A DNA stretch of 64,000 nucleotides from Desulfatiglandales bacterium (GCA_963662465.1 OY759599.1:1440001-1504000), one strand, 5' to 3'; shown: positions 50,256-60,669, counted from the first letter of the stretch. Notes: generated from the sequence alone by a model not told the origin. A program made the numbers and translations.

Positions 50256-53200
50256 ATGCGGGATAAAAAAAGAGTTTTCATGCTGATAGGCCTGATGATC
50301 CTTGCCACCGGGATTGTGGGGACAACCGCAGTTGTTTTTCTGTATCGCGCCGCCATGTTTGGGGAACGGGAACGGTTGACGGAGATGGTCAAAAGCCAGG
50401 GGAGACTCATTGAGGTCATCGCACGCCATGACATGACATATAAACCAAACGCCTCCGGTGGGACGATTCAGGCAACAATGGGCCTGATCGCTGATACTCA
50501 CTCAAACCATAAACGCTTCGGGAAAACTGGGGCCTTTGCCTTGGCCGGGAGGGTGGACGATCGCATCATATTTTTGCTTCAGCATGAACCCGAAGATCCG
50601 GACAAAGCCTTGTCTGTGCCATGGCATTCTCCTCTGGCCCAACCCATGCGTCTGGCCCTGTCCGGCGGTTCCGGCGTCATGGTGGGGCTGGATTATCGCG
50701 GAAAAGAGGTTTTGGCTGCTTATGAATCGGTCGCCATTCTGGATCTGGGCATCGTGGCCAAAATAGATCTTGAGGAAGTTCGGGCGCCCTTTGTTCGGGC
50801 GGGGCTCCTGGCCGTAATGGTCATCTTGGTGGTTTCCATTGGGGGCGCTGTTCTTTTTGTTCGCATCACGCGGCCCATGATGCCAAGGGTTGAACGTCAT
50901 GCCCGGGATCTTGAGAAAACGGTGGCGGAGCTGGAGGAGAGCGAAGGCCGTTTCCGTAAAATGATCGAGCGAAATCCCGATGCGATTTTGATATTGAACC
51001 GGGGGGGAGATATCCTGTTCGCCAACCCTACCGCTCATGTCCTCTTTGGCCGTCCGGTCGAAGCGCTCATGGGGGTCAATCTCGGTTTGCCCATTGTGAA
51101 AGGGGAATTCAGCGAAATCAGTATTGCCGGAATAAAAGGAAATGAGCGGACCGCTGAAATGCGATCTGAAACCATTCAATGGGCCAATGAGGAAGCGTTC
51201 ATTGTCACAATACGGGATGTGTCAGAGCAAAGAGATGCAGCACGTCGTATTCGCCGTCTCAATGAGGCTTTGCGCGCCATTCGGGATGTGAACCAGTTGA
51301 TCACGAGGGAAGGGGATTCGAGTGTTTTGCTCCAGGAGGCATGCAAGATCCTGACCTCCGGTAATCGCTTCAAAGATGTTTGGATCGCCCTTCTGGATGA
51401 AAGCAGAAACATTGTAAAGGTTGTGCAGGCTGGCGTGGGCCCTGCCTTTCAGGTATGGTCCGATCTTTTGGAGACGGGGCCTTTTCCTTCCTGTTTTAAA
51501 ACGATCATTTCCGGGTCCCATGCGGTTGTGATGCAAAAGAGTTCGGACATCTGTCGGAATTGTCCATTAAACCAATCCTGCGCGGGTGAGGGCGCGCTGG
51601 TGGTTCCCCTGTTCCAGGACAACAGACTCTACGGGATTATGGTGATGTCGTCGCCTTTTAATATGATGATTGATGAGGAAGATCAGCACCTGTTCAAAGA
51701 GGCTGCCGATGATATTGCGTTTGCCCTCAAAAGCATTGAAACCGAAGAGAAACAGCGGCAAGTTCAGGAGTCGCTGCGTCAAAGCGAAAACCGATTTCGA
51801 CTTCTGGTGGAAAATGCACCCCTCGGGATATTTGTCATTGACAAGACGGGCGTTATTCTGGATGCCAATGAAAAAGCGTTGGAGATTCTACGGCTCGTTT
51901 CCGCTGAGGGAATGGTTCTTCGCAATATCCTGGAACTTCCAATGCTCATGGATGCCGGGATCAGCGATGATGTGCGTCGTTGCCTGGAAACAGCTGTCTC
52001 CCAAACCCATGAGCGCCCCTGCGCGACCGAAGGCGGCGGCGCCCTTCATCTTCGGTATCATCTGGCGCCGGTGATTGAACCTCATGATGCCGTTGTGGGC
52101 TTGCAGGGCATTATCGAGGACATTTCCGGCACAAGGAATCTGGAGTGCCAGCTGCGTCAGGCCCAGAAAATGGAAGCCATCGGCACACTGGCTGGGGGCA
52201 TCGCCCACGATTTCAATAATATCCTGGCAGCCATACTGGGCTACTCTCAACTTCTGATGGAGGAAACGCCGGAGGATTCCCCCGTTTATTCTTATATGGG
52301 TGAGATTTTAAAGGCCGGACAACGGGCACGGGACCTGATCAAACAGATTTTGACCTTCAGCCGTCAGACGGAAGCGGAACCCATGCCCCTTAAGCCACAT
52401 CTAATTGTTAAGGAGGCCATTAAGCTTCTGAGAAGCACCATCCCCACAACCATTGAAATCCGACAGCATGTATTTCCGAATACGGGAGCGATTATGGCTG
52501 ATCCCACCCAGATTCATCAGGTGATTATGAACCTGTGTACCAACGCCTACCAGGCCATGATGGAAACGGGCGGACTTCTGGAAATCACCCTCCAAAATGT
52601 TCATATCAAGCCTGAAAATGTGATTTTGAAACGGTGTCCGGCGTTAAAAGCCGGCGCTTATGTGCGGTTGACTGTCCATGATACGGGAAGCGGCATTGGT
52701 CCCCATACGATGGAGCATATCTTTGATCCCTACTTTACCACCAAGGAAAAAGGACGGGGTACGGGTCTGGGGCTCTCCGTGGTCCACGGCATTGTGGCGG
52801 ACTGCCGGGGCGCCATTGATGTTGAAAGTGAATTGGGGAAAGGAACCACGTTCCAGGTTTTTTTCCCCAGCGCGGAAAAGAAAGAGGTTGTTTCCCTTGA
52901 AAAATCCGTCTCCCCGATTCAGGGAGGAAACGAGTGCATACTCCTGGTGGATGATGAACCGCCCATTGTCAATATGGTCCGGCAGATGCTGGAGAAATAT
53001 GGTTACCGGGTAGAGACGAGTACCGACAGCCTTAAGGTGTTGCAACGTTTTTCCGAGGCGCCCGGAGAATTTGATCTGGTTATTACGGATATGACCATGC
53101 CGAATATGAGCGGTGACCGGCTTGCCTCAGAGATAATGAAGATTCGGCCTGATTTTCCGGTGATCATTTGTACGGGGCACAGCGACCTCATGGATGAGGA

Positions 53201-53294
53201 AAAGGCCGCATCTCTGGGGCTTCGTGCCTTTCTCATGAAACCTCTGGATCGACTGGAACTGGCTCAGACGGTGAGAGCGGTTCTGGATGCCTGA
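50256..53294 (+). CDS. Membrane PAS/GAF hybrid histidine kinase-REC
   Basis: GTLAGGIAHDFNN, PYFTTK, C-terminal REC. Confidence 0.93.
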   Translation: MRDKKRVFMLIGLMILATGIVGTTAVVFLYRAAMFGERERLTEMVKSQGRLIEVIARHDMTYKPNASGGTIQATMGLIADTHSNHKRFGKTGAFALAGRVDDRIIFLLQHEPEDPDKALSVPWHSPLAQPMRLALSGGSGVMVGLDYRGKEVLAAYESVAILDLGIVAKIDLEEVRAPFVRAGLLAVMVILVVSIGGAVLFVRITRPMMPRVERHARDLEKTVAELEESEGRFRKMIERNPDAILILNRGGDILFANPTAHVLFGRPVEALMGVNLGLPIVKGEFSEISIAGIKGNERTAEMRSETIQWANEEAFIVTIRDVSEQRDAARRIRRLNEALRAIRDVNQLITREGDSSVLLQEACKILTSGNRFKDVWIALLDESRNIVKVVQAGVGPAFQVWSDLLETGPFPSCFKTIISGSHAVVMQKSSDICRNCPLNQSCAGEGALVVPLFQDNRLYGIMVMSSPFNMMIDEEDQHLFKEAADDIAFALKSIETEEKQRQVQESLRQSENRFRLLVENAPLGIFVIDKTGVILDANEKALEILRLVSAEGMVLRNILELPMLMDAGISDDVRRCLETAVSQTHERPCATEGGGALHLRYHLAPVIEPHDAVVGLQGIIEDISGTRNLECQLRQAQKMEAIGTLAGGIAHDFNNILAAILGYSQLLMEETPEDSPVYSYMGEILKAGQRARDLIKQILTFSRQTEAEPMPLKPHLIVKEAIKLLRSTIPTTIEIRQHVFPNTGAIMADPTQIHQVIMNLCTNAYQAMMETGGLLEITLQNVHIKPENVILKRCPALKAGAYVRLTVHDTGSGIGPHTMEHIFDPYFTTKEKGRGTGLGLSVVHGIVADCRGAIDVESELGKGTTFQVFFPSAEKKEVVSLEKSVSPIQGGNECILLVDDEPPIVNMVRQMLEKYGYRVETSTDSLKVLQRFSEAPGEFDLVITDMTMPNMSGDRLASEIMKIRPDFPVIICTGHSDLMDEEKAASLGLRAFLMKPLDRLELAQTVRAVLDA

Positions 53295-53302
53295 ATTCAA
53301 TA

Positions 53303-55204
53303 TCAGGAAACTATTTTATTGCGGGGGTCCATTGAGGTTGGAACCGCCAGGCTGAGATACCGGTCCCCTTCATGAAACATGACCCCCTTATCCACCATCA
53401 TGCGGAGAAAGGGGCTGATGCGCTCTTCGCTGAACCGGGGGAACCGCGCCGCGATTTCATCCATGGGCCGCTGGGTTTCACAAAACAGATAGATGGCCCG
53501 GGAACTCCCCGTCAGGCGATGGGTCATGGGGTCTTTATTCAGCCGGCGTTTATGGATGATCAGGAAGTCTCTGCCGTCCCGGTAGGATAAAATCGGCAGG
53601 AACCCGGGGTCCCGATGCAATCCATCATAAGCGTTTTGCCATTCCTTCAGCCTTTTTTGAACGGGTTTCCACAGGCGTTGCTGTTCCCTGACGCCCCCAT
53701 GGTATCCCTGCAACATCAACGTGAATTTTTCGAGTTTTTCCTTGGGAAAGAGGTGATGATAGTGTGGATGATTTCCCGTCAACCGGATGCCATGGCGGGC
53801 GGGATTTCGCCACAGGGGGCTGCCGTATCCCAGCCAGAGGGAGACGCCGTTCAGCGGCCTGAAGGGGAAGGCAAAGGTGAGATTGTTCAGGGTCTCGGCT
53901 ACGTCCTGAGCGTCGCTTCCGGGAAAACCGAAAATGAGATTTCCAGTGAGGTTCGGAAGTTGGGCATGTTCGCAGTTTTTCATGATTTCAAGGTTGTCCA
54001 TGGCCGTGGTTCCCTTATTGAGCTTTTCAAGAAGCCTGGTGCTTAAGGCTTCGACACCCACCTGCACTTCCCGCATGCCGGCGTTTCCCATGGCCTCAAG
54101 AACGGAAACGGGTGTGTTCGCCCGGATTTCAGAATATAGTTGTAAATCCATTCCCAGGTGTTGGATATCAAAAAACAGATCCTCCAGGCCTTTGGCCGGA
54201 AGGAGGTTGTCCATGAAGAAGATGGAGAGGATCTGGTGACGCTTCACCAGTGTGTCTATTTCCCGGACAGTCCTTTCACGGCTTTTTCCCCGATAGCCGG
54301 TCCATTGAAGATTGAGGTTGCAAAAAGTGCAGCCTGCTTGGTCCTTTGAAGCATCCTTTTTCCGCCACCAGCATCCCCGGGATATTTCCATTGAAAGCCT
54401 GGGCATGAAGGCATGCCCGGCGCCCGGAGATTTCAGGTCCCGAAAGTAATCCGTGTAGTCGGGAATGGGGAGTGCATCCAGATTGGAGATTTGCTGATGT
54501 GTGTCTTCGAACGAAGCGTCACCCCTGTGAATAAGACCGGGTATGTCCGCGGCATGAGACGGATTTTGGCCCTCCAGTATTCTTTGGGTCAGCTGCAGCA
54601 AGGGCAGTTCTCCCTCCCCCCGAATGACGTAATCAATGGCGGGTTCACCCCGGAGAAGGCTTTCTCCCAAAGCGCCTGAACATGCGGCCCCCCCCACCAC
54701 AATGGGGATACCGGGAGCACGCCGCTTGATTTCCCGAATAAAATAGAGCGCACTGGTCAGTTGCGCCAGGCATATGGAAAACCCGATCAGACAATAGCGG
54801 TCCCAGGGTTGTGTATCTATGAAGGAAAGGGATGCCGTTTCAATTCGGCGGCAAAGGTCTCTGAAATCCTGTGATAAAAGTACGGGGGCGCCCTGCGCTT
54901 TACGGCGCCGGAATCGCTCCACCGTTTCCATGCGCTCCGGGTAAAGAAGGGCGGCATAGGGGCATTCGGCAACCCACGACCGTTCACCCATTTGCTGATA
55001 GAGAGAATAGCCCAGGGCTTGCGCAATTTTCAGGTAAACATGATGGGCATCGATGGTGATATGGGGCAGATGTTGATGGAGGAAAGCCTTGAGTGCTCCC
55101 AATTGAATGGACGGACGGTCAAAAAACGGCCACGGCGTTGAAATCAGTGCTATTCGGCCTTCCGTACCGGATGCTGTATTGTCTTTGTTTGCGTTTTGGC
55201 GCAT
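53303..55204 (-). CDS. B12-binding radical SAM protein, RiPP maturation type (TIGR03975-like)
   Basis: PW....PSIQLG.LK N-terminus, IVVGGA, GEGE, SRGCWW..CTFC (CX13CX2C), QVGVEALS. Confidence 0.82.
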   Translation of the reverse strand: MRQNANKDNTASGTEGRIALISTPWPFFDRPSIQLGALKAFLHQHLPHITIDAHHVYLKIAQALGYSLYQQMGERSWVAECPYAALLYPERMETVERFRRRKAQGAPVLLSQDFRDLCRRIETASLSFIDTQPWDRYCLIGFSICLAQLTSALYFIREIKRRAPGIPIVVGGAACSGALGESLLRGEPAIDYVIRGEGELPLLQLTQRILEGQNPSHAADIPGLIHRGDASFEDTHQQISNLDALPIPDYTDYFRDLKSPGAGHAFMPRLSMEISRGCWWRKKDASKDQAGCTFCNLNLQWTGYRGKSRERTVREIDTLVKRHQILSIFFMDNLLPAKGLEDLFFDIQHLGMDLQLYSEIRANTPVSVLEAMGNAGMREVQVGVEALSTRLLEKLNKGTTAMDNLEIMKNCEHAQLPNLTGNLIFGFPGSDAQDVAETLNNLTFAFPFRPLNGVSLWLGYGSPLWRNPARHGIRLTGNHPHYHHLFPKEKLEKFTLMLQGYHGGVREQQRLWKPVQKRLKEWQNAYDGLHRDPGFLPILSYRDGRDFLIIHKRRLNKDPMTHRLTGSSRAIYLFCETQRPMDEIAARFPRFSEERISPFLRMMVDKGVMFHEGDRYLSLAVPTSMDPRNKIVS

Positions 55205-55487
55205 AAAAAAATCACCTGACCTGTATGGAATGAAGGCTTGCCCCTTATGGGCTGGGGATCCGTTTCAGAATAGCAATGTCATGCGCTTCTGTCAATCCGT
55301 CCGAGGCCCGGCATCATGGATGTCAGATGGCAACGCCTTGGAGGGGTGCGTGTCGGAATATTTCAAGATTTACCATTCCCTGTTGCAAAATCATGCGATT
55401 CGGGTAAAATGAACAATCGTCAAACTTTGGGGAACTTTCGAGGCTCTCCAAGGTTTGTAAACGGTCAAAACATGAAAGGAGGAAAAG

Positions 55488-55871
55488 ATGAAAGGAAAAT
55501 GGATGATACTGGTACTCGTTGCGCTCCTGTGTGCCCCCAGCTGGGCTGGGGCGGTGTCTGAGGAGGATTTTAAGCTCGACACCACGAGGGATCTCATTGA
55601 AGTCTGTACCGTACCCGACGGTGATCCGTATCAAAAGGAGGCCATTGGTTTCTGCATCGGCTTTCTGGTAGGATCCTATCACTACCACGTTGCGGAACAT
55701 GGTGGCCCGCTGGGCAATCCCTTGGTTTGTCCCCCGGATCCCCCGCCGCCACGGGCCAAGGTGGCGCAAATGTTTCTGGATTGGGCCAAAAAACATCCTG
55801 AGTACATGAATGAGGAACCGGTTGAGACATGGTTTCGGTTTCTCATTGAAAAATATCCCTGTAAACGTTGA
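55488..55871 (+). CDS. Exported Rap1a/Tai-like immunity-family protein
   Basis: Signal peptide; L...C...C.GF..G...CPP...W...HP...YPC cysteine pattern. Confidence 0.75.
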   Translation: MKGKWMILVLVALLCAPSWAGAVSEEDFKLDTTRDLIEVCTVPDGDPYQKEAIGFCIGFLVGSYHYHVAEHGGPLGNPLVCPPDPPPPRAKVAQMFLDWAKKHPEYMNEEPVETWFRFLIEKYPCKR

Positions 55872-55897
55872 ATTGATCCAGGAGAAAGGAGCTTGAA

Positions 55898-56170
55898 ATG
55901 AATAGAACGATGATTGCATTGATCATTGCCGCCTGTCTCACACTGGGTGGATGTGCCGGCATGAGCGATACGGGTGAGAGAACCTTGAGCGGCGGCGCCA
56001 TTGGCGCAGCCGGTGGCGCTATTATCGGCGCCATCGCCGGAAATGCGGGTTTAGGCGCCGCCATCGGTGGGGCAGCCGGCGCCGGCAGCGGCTACCTATA
56101 CGGTAAGCATAAAGAGTCAGAACAAAGTGCTTATGATCAGGGGTATAATGCGGGACGTCAGGGCCGGTAG
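55898..56170 (+). CDS. Glycine-zipper lipoprotein
   Basis: Lipobox LGGC; GAIGAAGGAIIGAIAG. Confidence 0.85.
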   Translation: MNRTMIALIIAACLTLGGCAGMSDTGERTLSGGAIGAAGGAIIGAIAGNAGLGAAIGGAAGAGSGYLYGKHKESEQSAYDQGYNAGRQGR

Positions 56171-56254
56171 CTTTTCTCTTGACAATCTAAGCGAAAGAGC
56201 CAACACTCAAACCGGAAGTTGCGTTAAAACCATTTGAAAAAGGAGATACAAAGA

Positions 56255-56965
56255 ATGAAAGGCAATAAAAGTTCAAAGGCGACGTTCCATGTGGCAGTGA
56301 GTTTAATGGTGGCTGCCGTCTTTTTTCTAACCGCTCTGCCGGCAATGGCAAAAGACGATCTGAAACCTCAGATTCTGGTGGATCAGGCCCTGGCAACGCT
56401 GAATGATTTCGTTGCGGAAAAAGATATGGAATGGTTCAAAAATCATCTGAAAGAATCCAAGGGGATTCTAATCATTCCGCAACTCCTGAAGGCGGGTTTC
56501 ATCTTCGGGGGATCCGGTGGTCGGGGCGTCGTGCTTATTCGCGATGAGAAAACGGGTCAGTGGAGCCAGCCTGGATTTTACAGCCTGGGCTCCGTGAGCT
56601 TTGGCCTTCAGATCGGCGCAGAATCGGCCTCGGTAATCATGCAGGTGAGAACCCAGCGGGGCCTGGAATCCCTTTACGGCACCTCCTTTAACCTGGGCGC
56701 CAATTGTTCCGTAGCCGCGGGGCCGGTTGGGGTCGGCGCGTCCGGACAAGGGGTAACCGCGGATCTGGTTGCTTTTTCTCGCAGCCAGGGCGCCTATGCG
56801 GGGATCTCCTTTGACGGCAGCATGGTCAAGGTGAATGAAGACTTCGATAAGGACTACTACGGCAAAGCGGTGAGGCCCGTGGATATTTTCGTGAAAAAGG
56901 ATGTGAGCAATCCGGGCTCCGCCAACCTGCGCAAGGCCCTCAAAAAGGCTGAGAAAAGTAAATAG
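56255..56965 (+). CDS. Ysc84/SYLF lipid-binding domain protein
   Basis: KAGFIFGGSGGRGV...SFGLQIG...GAYAGISFDG. Confidence 0.88.
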   Translation: MKGNKSSKATFHVAVSLMVAAVFFLTALPAMAKDDLKPQILVDQALATLNDFVAEKDMEWFKNHLKESKGILIIPQLLKAGFIFGGSGGRGVVLIRDEKTGQWSQPGFYSLGSVSFGLQIGAESASVIMQVRTQRGLESLYGTSFNLGANCSVAAGPVGVGASGQGVTADLVAFSRSQGAYAGISFDGSMVKVNEDFDKDYYGKAVRPVDIFVKKDVSNPGSANLRKALKKAEKSK

Positions 56966-57025
56966 CAAGTATCTGGACGAAAACCCGATCCGTTGTGGTT
57001 GTCGTTTAACCCCAAACCGTGCAAA

Positions 57026-57060
57026 CAGAAAGGCAGAGTCGAATGGCTCTGCCTTTTCTG
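57026..57060. terminator. Probable rho-independent terminator
   Basis: AAAGGCAGAGTC-GAAT-GGCTCTGCCTTTT hairpin after the SYLF gene. Confidence 0.6.
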
Positions 57061-57129
57061 ATATTTGTCCTCAAAAAAAGTTGACGTTTTTTCCTGATCG
57101 CTATATTTTGGTTCCAGGAGGTTCATCAT

Positions 57130-57420
57130 ATGGGCGCCGCCATCACGTTTGACACACTCAAATTTGCCAAAAAGCTTAAAAGCGTCGGGTTCGATGAGGC
57201 GCAGGCTGAAACGCTCTCCGATGCGTTCAGAGAGTCCGAAGCGGCAAGCATTGAAAATCTTGCCACCAAACAAGACTTGAGAGAACTTGAAACCAGGTTG
57301 ACCGGCGAAATAAAGGCGCTTGACGCTAAGATGTCCGGGGAACAAAAACTCATCCGATGGATGATGGGTTTTGTCCTTGCCGGTATTGCCGCGCTCATTT
57401 TGAAATCCTTTTTTGCGTGA
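57130..57420 (+). CDS. DUF1640/CCDC90-like protein
   Basis: FDTLKFAKKL..VGF...QAE...LATKQDL; C-terminal TM. Confidence 0.85.
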   Translation: MGAAITFDTLKFAKKLKSVGFDEAQAETLSDAFRESEAASIENLATKQDLRELETRLTGEIKALDAKMSGEQKLIRWMMGFVLAGIAALILKSFFA

Positions 57421-57478
57421 TACACCCTGGCATTCGAGACGTGATCGGGTTCCATAAAAGACATGGCGACGACCTTTT

Positions 57479-57910
57479 TCACAACGGCGATTCAAATCGT
57501 CCCCCTTTTTCAATACCGGCCAGATATTTTTCAGCAGCCGCGCAGAAAAATTTTGACCGGTCCAACCCATCGGTTATTTTGACAAAGTCGCCGACCTTCT
57601 CCAACAAATCCACCGGCACCATAACGTTAATCCGTTTTTTTGGTCGATACTCTTTCATAATCTTTTCGTCCGGCACAACTGGGAAGACCAATTCATTTTC
57701 TTTGGCTTCAACCTTGACGTCGTCAAATGAGCGCGGCGCTTGATATTCCCGGCCTTTACGACCCATAACCATCAGGCCGCTTAAAGCGTCCATGGCCATA
57801 AACAGGGATTCATCCAGATCCTTTCCCCCAGTATGGACACCCGGCGCGTCCGGGAAACGTACCCCCCAGCCTGTTTCCAACCGATAAAAAATTCCGTAAT
57901 AAGGCTTCAT
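57479..57910 (-). CDS. hicB: HicB-family antitoxin
   Basis: VRFPDAPGVHTGG...A.DAL; C-terminal RINVMVP..LL...RSKF. Confidence 0.88.
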   Translation of the reverse strand: MKPYYGIFYRLETGWGVRFPDAPGVHTGGKDLDESLFMAMDALSGLMVMGRKGREYQAPRSFDDVKVEAKENELVFPVVPDEKIMKEYRPKKRINVMVPVDLLEKVGDFVKITDGLDRSKFFCAAAEKYLAGIEKGGRFESPL

Positions 57911-57974
57911 CTGTTTTTACCTCCATAATATCTTGAAAGCCGATAAAAGGAAGGGGTGCTTCATGCCCTTCTTT

Positions 57975-58148
57975 CTACTTGTCGGCTTGCTTAAGGATTT
58001 CCGTTGCCAATTGTTCGTCAATTTCCGCGTGCCTGGGGACGGGGAATCTGTAACCATTCCGGCTTTCCCAGAACTCGTGATTTCCGCCTTGACGAATCTG
58101 CAGTGCTCCTTTGGCTTTCAGTTTCTTTATCAGTTTTTTCTTTTTCAT
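57975..58148 (-). CDS. hicA: HicA-family toxin (57 aa, missing from ORF track)
   Basis: MKKKKLIKKLKAKGALQIRQGGNHEFW...PVPRHAEIDEQLATEILKQA. Confidence 0.88.
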   Translation of the reverse strand: MKKKKLIKKLKAKGALQIRQGGNHEFWESRNGYRFPVPRHAEIDEQLATEILKQADK

Positions 58149-58366
58149 GTTTGCCTCATTGAAGGACTGTATTATTACATACGTGTGTATTTAATGACAA
58201 TCAATTTTTACACACATGTATAAAAATTGCTGATTCCAAACAGTGAGGTCCTGATTTTACCTCCCGAAAAATATATTTCTTTTGAAATATGAAAAAAAAA
58301 GATAAAAAAAATGGTTGGAGGAGATTGACCCATTGGCAAACTTCAATTTTCAAGGGAGGGAAAAAC

Positions 58367-59002
58367 ATGGAATATGAAGCACCCAAATCAAAATGCGAAT
58401 TGTGTGGTTCGGAATTTGCGCGCCAGGGCATGACAAGGCATATCAAATCATGCTTGAAAAAACATCTTGAAAAGAAAGAATCCAAACATAAACCGCAAGA
58501 CCTTCTCTTGCTTCATGTAGCCGATGCTTTTAATCCCGATTACTTCCTGTATCTGTTGCTGGGTGAAAAAACGACCCTGAATGATCTGGATGGTTTTTTA
58601 CGGGAAATATGGCTGGAATGTTGCGGTCACATGAGTGCATTTTCCTTTGAACGATACGGCGATGAAATTGATATGCGGCAAAAGGCCGCGGATGTTTTCG
58701 AGCCTGGAAGCAAGATGGTGTACCAATACGATTTCGGCAGCACCACCGAATTGAATATCAAAGCCATGGGGCATTATCGCGGACCCATAGACCAAAAAAT
58801 TCAGATCATCTCAAGAAATGCCCAGCCTATCATTCCCTGTGATGTATGCAGCGCCAAACCAGCGGTTCAGATCTGTACCGAATGCGCATGGGATGGCGGT
58901 TGGCTCTGTGAAGATTGTGCAAAAACCCATGAATGCGATGAGGAAATGTTTCTGCCGGTGGTGAACTCGCCGAGAACCGGCGTTTGCGCCTATGCCGGCT
59001 GA
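58367..59002 (+). CDS. pRiA4b ORF3-like protein with Cys-rich termini
   Basis: TLNDLDGFLREIWLECCGHMSAF...YQYDFGSTT. Confidence 0.75.
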   Translation: MEYEAPKSKCELCGSEFARQGMTRHIKSCLKKHLEKKESKHKPQDLLLLHVADAFNPDYFLYLLLGEKTTLNDLDGFLREIWLECCGHMSAFSFERYGDEIDMRQKAADVFEPGSKMVYQYDFGSTTELNIKAMGHYRGPIDQKIQIISRNAQPIIPCDVCSAKPAVQICTECAWDGGWLCEDCAKTHECDEEMFLPVVNSPRTGVCAYAG

Positions 59003-59033
59003 TGACGGGGGAGGGGGGACGTAAAGGGAACCA

Positions 59034-59666
59034 TTGGAAATACACCTGCCATTATATAGCGGATTGCTCCTGGGGTTTGCCGCCGGCGTGGCGCCGGGTC
59101 CCTTATTGACCCTGGTGGTCTCTCAAACCCTGACCCACGGCGTAAGGGAAGGCTGCAAGGTTGCCGCGGCGCCGCTGATGACCGATTTGCCCATTATCCT
59201 GTTGGCCCTTTGGATCGGCAGCGCGCTGGCTGCCAGGCCTCTCCCTCTGGGCATTCTTTCTATGGCAGGCGCCTGCTATATCGGCTTTTTGGCCTGGGAG
59301 AGTCTCAACATCAAAATGGCGGATCAAACCGATGCCCGGGCGGCGAAATCCATGACCAGGGGCATTATGACCAACCTGCTCAATCCACACCCTTATCTCT
59401 TTTGGATCACCGTGGGCACGCCCTTGCTTTTAAAGACCTGGGATTCCGGCCCCCTTGGCGCCGGGCTCTGGCTATTGGGTTTTTATTTGATGCTCGTGGG
59501 CGCCAAAATTGGAATCTCCATCCTGGTGGGCTATTCACGAAAGTTTCTTTATGGGCGCGCATATTTGTGGTTGAATCGCATTCTGGGATTGGTTCTGTTT
59601 TTCTTTGCCCTGAACCTGGCTAAAGATGGGTTGACGCTTATCATGACCGCCTTTCCAGGGAAATAG
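59034..59666 (+). CDS. LysE-family translocator
   Basis: PGPLLTLVV...G; TNLLNPHPYLFW. Confidence 0.88.
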   Translation: MEIHLPLYSGLLLGFAAGVAPGPLLTLVVSQTLTHGVREGCKVAAAPLMTDLPIILLALWIGSALAARPLPLGILSMAGACYIGFLAWESLNIKMADQTDARAAKSMTRGIMTNLLNPHPYLFWITVGTPLLLKTWDSGPLGAGLWLLGFYLMLVGAKIGISILVGYSRKFLYGRAYLWLNRILGLVLFFFALNLAKDGLTLIMTAFPGK

Positions 59667-59723
59667 ATCGAGGATTATCCGGTCGAGGTCTTTCACCGGA
59701 TCAGCATGAATTGGGAATTATAA

Positions 59724-60668
59724 ATGGAATTTGCCTCTTGCAACAGATTGATGCAAAACATATCGAAAGTGATGATCGGCAAAAAGGAAACCATCGAATC
59801 ACTGCTGGTTGCCTTGATCGGCGGCGGGCATGTGTTGATTGAGGATGTCCCGGGGGTCGGCAAAACACTGATTGCCAAAACCCTTGCCAAAAGCATCGGT
59901 GGGGTATTTAAACGGATTCAGTTTACGCCCGATCTGCTTCCGGCGGATATTACCGGTTTCAATGTCTACAACCAGCAAACCGCCGCATTCACGTTTCAGC
60001 CGGGTCCCGTGATGGCCAATGTGTTGCTGGCGGACGAAATCAACCGCACGGTCCCCAGAACCCAGGCCAGTCTCCTGGAAAGCATGGAAGAGCACCAGGT
60101 GACGGTGGACGGCGCCACCCGGAAACTTCCCGAACCCTTTTTTGTAATGGCCACCCAGAATCCCATTGAACTGGAAGGGACCTTCCCGTTGCCTGAAGCG
60201 CAGCTGGACCGTTTTCTGCTCAAAATAAATCTCGGGTATCCCAATCCCGACGAAGAGATCGACATCATGGAACGGTTCCAGGAAGATGATCCCCTTCTTT
60301 CCCTGACGCCGGTGCTGCATCCATCCGATATTGTGAGCATGCAGGAAAAACGAAAAAAGATCACGGCAGCTCGGCCCATAAAACGCTATATTGCGGAAAT
60401 TGTGGGTGCGACGCGAAACAGCGCGCATTTCCGATTCGGCGCAAGTCCCCGGGGGTCCCTGGGGTTGATGCGGGCTGCCCAGGCGTTGGCTGCCGTTCGC
60501 GGCAGGGATTATGTGCTTCCCGATGACGTTAAACACCTGGCCATACCGGTGCTGGCGCATCGTCTGATATTGAAGGATCAGGAAAAATTAAAGGGCGAGT
60601 CCGCAACGGAATTCCTCCAGAAAATAGTGGAAAGCACTCCGGTGCCGGTCCATGAAAGTCAGGTCTGA
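59724..60668 (+). CDS. MoxR-family AAA ATPase
   Basis: DVPGVGKT, RIQFTPDLLPAD, DEINR, ATQNPIE, LPEAQLDRF. Confidence 0.95.
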   Translation: MEFASCNRLMQNISKVMIGKKETIESLLVALIGGGHVLIEDVPGVGKTLIAKTLAKSIGGVFKRIQFTPDLLPADITGFNVYNQQTAAFTFQPGPVMANVLLADEINRTVPRTQASLLESMEEHQVTVDGATRKLPEPFFVMATQNPIELEGTFPLPEAQLDRFLLKINLGYPNPDEEIDIMERFQEDDPLLSLTPVLHPSDIVSMQEKRKKITAARPIKRYIAEIVGATRNSAHFRFGASPRGSLGLMRAAQALAAVRGRDYVLPDDVKHLAIPVLAHRLILKDQEKLKGESATEFLQKIVESTPVPVHESQV

Positions 60669-60669
60669 G
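60646..60669 (+). repeat. 24-bp direct repeat, copy 1 (copy 2 at 62819-62842)
   Basis: CGGTCCATGAAAGTCAGGTCTGAG vs CGGTCCATGAAAATCAGTCCTGAG, 21/24 identical. Confidence 0.8.

Noticed and set aside
57130..59002. Prophage or plasmid
   Set aside because: DUF1640, HicAB and pRiA4b-like genes alone are insufficient; no structural, replication or integrase genes.
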